From: an uncultured Pirellulaceae bacterium
Lineage (GTDB): Bacteria; Planctomycetota; Planctomycetia; Pirellulales; Pirellulaceae
Assembly (NCBI GenBank): GCA_938082855.1
Contig: CALKCC010000082.1
Location: forward strand, 179 to 64,178
Direction: 5' to 3'
Length of the DNA: 64,000 nucleotides
A program made the position numbers and the translations under genes. A model generated the notes under the pieces. That model was not told where the DNA came from, searched no databases, and saw only the letters and a list, made by a program, of their open reading frames with translations. Shown here in pieces: positions 61,500-64,000 of this stretch; the first letter of the stretch is position 1, and each line of letters begins with the position of its first letter.

Positions 61500-64000
61500 C
61501 TACTCCTTTCGATGGTCCCAATGGCTGTACAGCAATTCTGTCAGCTCCTGAACCAATTCAGGGTTTGTCGCTGCTCGGTTATCCGTTTCAGTGGGATCCA
61601 CTCGCAGGTTATATAGCTGTGGACCTGCGCCTAAGTCTGGGTGTGAGAAAGTATATCGATTAACAATACCGTCGTATGAGAGCAACAGTTTCCAGTCTCC
61701 TTTGATTACCCATCGATAGAGCAAAGTCTTAGTACTGTCGTTAAGGTCGGCAATGTCATGTGCATACGATTCTCCAAACAATGCCTGATGGGATGCTGTA
61801 CGTCCCTGAGCCACTTCGACTAGGTTCTTTCCAGCCATTAATTCCGTCTTCTCCAACCCCGCCAATTCAAGGATGGTTGGAGCAATGTCAATGGAGCTGA
61901 CCAATTGTCCGCGGTTACCCGGCCGAACCTGACCTGGCCAACGAACCATGATCGGAGTTCTTATCCCACCTTCGTTCGCGGACTGCTTTGACTTAGGTGC
62001 ATAGCTTGACCGCCATTTCGGGCCCAAGTCCATGTCCGGTGTCCGTTGAATCCATCCGTTGTCAGTCACATAAATGACAACGGTGTCTTTACGAAGCCCT
62101 TCATCGTCGATGATCCCCAACAATTCGCCACAGGTTTCATCAAACCATTCGCACATTGCATAGTATTTAGCCAAAGGCAACGGTCGGCCGTCTTCCTGAT
62201 ACTTCTTCAGCAATCGCTCTGGGGGATTGTGAGGCGTGTGGGGTAGGAAAGGAGCGTACCAAATAAAGAATGGTTTCTCTTCTTCTTTTGATTCCTTGAT
62301 GAACGAGTGAATTGGCTCTAGCCCCTGTCGCCCGATCTTGAGGCCTTGATCACCATGACGCCCGCCTCGTTTTGGATCGCCATGCGTCATTCCATGAGTA
62401 AAGCCTCCACGCGAATAATGACCCTCCCACCATTTGCCGCTTTGGTGGCTCAAATAATCTTTCTCCTGCAACATTCGGGGGACCGTATCGATGCGATCGA
62501 TATTGGCAATCAACTGATTCCGCAATTCCTGATAAGCACCTGGCTTTGCATCCGGGCCAAGGGGAGTGGGATCATTGCCGGTAATCCGATGGTCTCGTGG
62601 ATAAAGACCAGACACTAAGGTTGCTAACGAGCTGCGGCAGAGTGCCTGTGGTACATAACCACGAGTAAATGTCGCGCTTTCACGTGCCAATTGATCAAGG
62701 TGAGGTGTCTTAATGACCGGATGAGCCATAAAACTATAATCCGTCCACGCCTGATCGTCAGAAATTATTAACACCACATTGGGGTTTTCTGGCAGCTGTG
62801 GTTTGGCTTTCGGCTTTGGTTGTTGTGGTTTAGATGCCGGCTTCGCCTGTGTCTGTTTTTGTTCCTGGGCCTTCTGTCTCAGGTAATTATTGGTGGGCAC
62901 TAATTCATAGCTATATTCACCACCATAACCATCACGTAACTCGTTAGAACGCTTACGCATCTTTTGTAACTGTGACTTGAACTTAGGATCCTTAGCTAGA
63001 TTTACCAACTGATCCGGATCGGCTTCCAAATCGTGTAAGAACTCGTAGTCATCCTGAAAGTAATTTGCATAAACCCATCGTTGGTCACGAACACCTTCCC
63101 ATTTAGGAATCCGTCCGGGGACATCCATTAGGTGCTCACAGAAGAAATCCGTACGCCATTTCTTGGGCTCGTTTCCAGCCACCAATCCGTTTAAGTCTTC
63201 TCCCTGATACTGCGAAGGCAGTTCAATGCCAGCCGCACCTACGAACGTGCTTGCTAAGTCCAGATTTAAAACGACTTCATCTCGCACTTGTCCTTTGGCA
63301 GAGTCCTCTACTCGCGGATCTGAGATAATCATGGGCACTCTTAGCGATTCTTCATAATGAGACCACTTACCGGCAAATCCTCGTTGAGCCATGTAGTAAC
63401 CGTTGTCACCGGTATAGATGACAATTGTGTTTTCATCCAATCCGAGTTGTTCCAAAGTATTTACAACTCGCCCTACAACATGGTCGATACCACTGAGCAT
63501 TCGGTAGTAAGAGCGAATGTTCTTTTCGTACTTCTCCTTGGTATCCCACCGCCAGAAGTAACGCTCTCGATTTAAGCTGGTCCGCAAAAACTCTGGCTGA
63601 CTAGCGAATATCTCTGGGTCATTAAGCCGGGGAGCCGGAATCTCAATGTCTTCATACATGCCATCCATCACTTTTGGCCATGGGAAGTGATCCACTTTGT
63701 CGTTGTCTTCTGCATGTGTCGCGTTGAAGCTTACCGAAAGCATGAAGGCTTCATCTTTGTTTGCCTTAATGAATTCGATGGCCGCATCGCCAGCCAATTG
63801 AGTGGTATGGCGCAAAGTGCCGTCCGGTTGCTTTTTGAAGTACTTGTTGCGATTGATCGGACGGAAGAAGTCAAAGGCCTGGTTCGTTCCGCCGGAGAAG
63901 CCGACACCGAATTTCCCAACAAATCCGGTCTTATATCCAGCCTGTTTCATAACTACTGGATAAGAATTGGTCACAAAGTCCTGCGCAATCGCAGGCGTAC
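61500..64000 (-). CDS. Tandem sulfatase-sulfatase fusion protein (5' end outside the window)
   Basis: The ORF is open to the window edge, and the codons before the GTG at 63974 still read sulfatase-like. The first domain ends with the typical YDL-like tail (FLHDLEADPDQLVNLAKDP). A Lys/Pro/Gln linker lies at 62787-62876. The second full sulfatase fold follows (VVLIISDDQ ... GKWW ... DNGW). Confidence 0.85.
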   Translation of the reverse strand, partial: TPAIAQDFVTNSYPVVMKQAGYKTGFVGKFGVGFSGGTNQAFDFFRPINRNKYFKKQPDGTLRHTTQLAGDAAIEFIKANKDEAFMLSVSFNATHAEDNDKVDHFPWPKVMDGMYEDIEIPAPRLNDPEIFASQPEFLRTSLNRERYFWRWDTKEKYEKNIRSYYRMLSGIDHVVGRVVNTLEQLGLDENTIVIYTGDNGYYMAQRGFAGKWSHYEESLRVPMIISDPRVEDSAKGQVRDEVVLNLDLASTFVGAAGIELPSQYQGEDLNGLVAGNEPKKWRTDFFCEHLMDVPGRIPKWEGVRDQRWVYANYFQDDYEFLHDLEADPDQLVNLAKDPKFKSQLQKMRKRSNELRDGYGGEYSYELVPTNNYLRQKAQEQKQTQAKPASKPQQPKPKAKPQLPENPNVVLIISDDQAWTDYSFMAHPVIKTPHLDQLARESATFTRGYVPQALCRSSLATLVSGLYPRDHRITGNDPTPLGPDAKPGAYQELRNQLIANIDRIDTVPRMLQEKDYLSHQSGKWWEGHYSRGGFTHGMTHGDPKRGGRHGDQGLKIGRQGLEPIHSFIKESKEEEKPFFIWYAPFLPHTPHNPPERLLKKYQEDGRPLPLAKYYAMCEWFDETCGELLGIIDDEGLRKDTVVIYVTDNGWIQRTPDMDLGPKWRSSYAPKSKQSANEGGIRTPIMVRWPGQVRPGNRGQLVSSIDIAPTILELAGLEKTELMAGKNLVEVAQGRTASHQALFGESYAHDIADLNDSTKTLLYRWVIKGDWKLLLSYDGIVNRYTFSHPDLGAGPQLYNLRVDPTETDNRAATNPELVQELTELLYSHWDHRKE

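Overview
This 64-kb window looks like a chromosomal segment from a Planctomycetota genome. That call rests on gene content: PSCyt/DUF1549/DUF1553 and DUF1501 pairs, a DUF1800-DUF1501 pair, a DUF1559 'H-X9-DG'-type protein, several sulfatases and FGE-like proteins, and Tat-signal Gfo/Idh/MocA oxidoreductases. All family calls come from motifs I recognised by eye in the supplied translations; no searches were run. The window is densely coding with about 52 credible CDS, and I found no rRNA, tRNA, CRISPR array or recognisable IS/transposase. A housekeeping core (thrS-infC ... rpmI-rplT-pheS-pheT, hisI, ridA-like, metG) sits between two accessory-looking arms rich in exported glycan and sulfate-ester enzymes. 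The strongest signal not explained by genes is a composite ~170-180-bp repeat built from GTG(A/C)CACCCACTC boxes. It has two full copies (15275-15456 and 35839-36005, with 63-nt cores 55/63 identical) and a fragment inside a CDS (36156-36184). Copy 2 lies in a 2.1-kb opposite-strand insertion that splits the normally contiguous infC-rpmI-rplT operon. Other points worth follow-up:
- infC has no canonical start codon.
- An SRPBCC gene is frameshifted at a G-tract.
- A secreted alpha/beta-hydrolase carries a C2-like C-terminal domain.
- A 4x LamG-like/cadherin-like surface protein precedes an unknown-DUF1800-DUF1501-DUF1501 gene string.
- An FGE-like -> Tat-Gfo/Idh/MocA cassette is present twice.
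- A tandem sulfatase-sulfatase fusion has a degenerate C-x-P-x-R motif in its second domain.
- A DUF1559 protein has its pilin-like N-terminus replaced by a lipoprotein extension.
- PheT lacks the B2 OB-fold domain.
- A thioredoxin domain is fused to a trypsin-like protease domain.
- A His-rich polytopic membrane protein is coupled to a WD40 protein.
I could not identify a defence, secretion or biosynthetic system with confidence. The candidates are reported with explicit tests.
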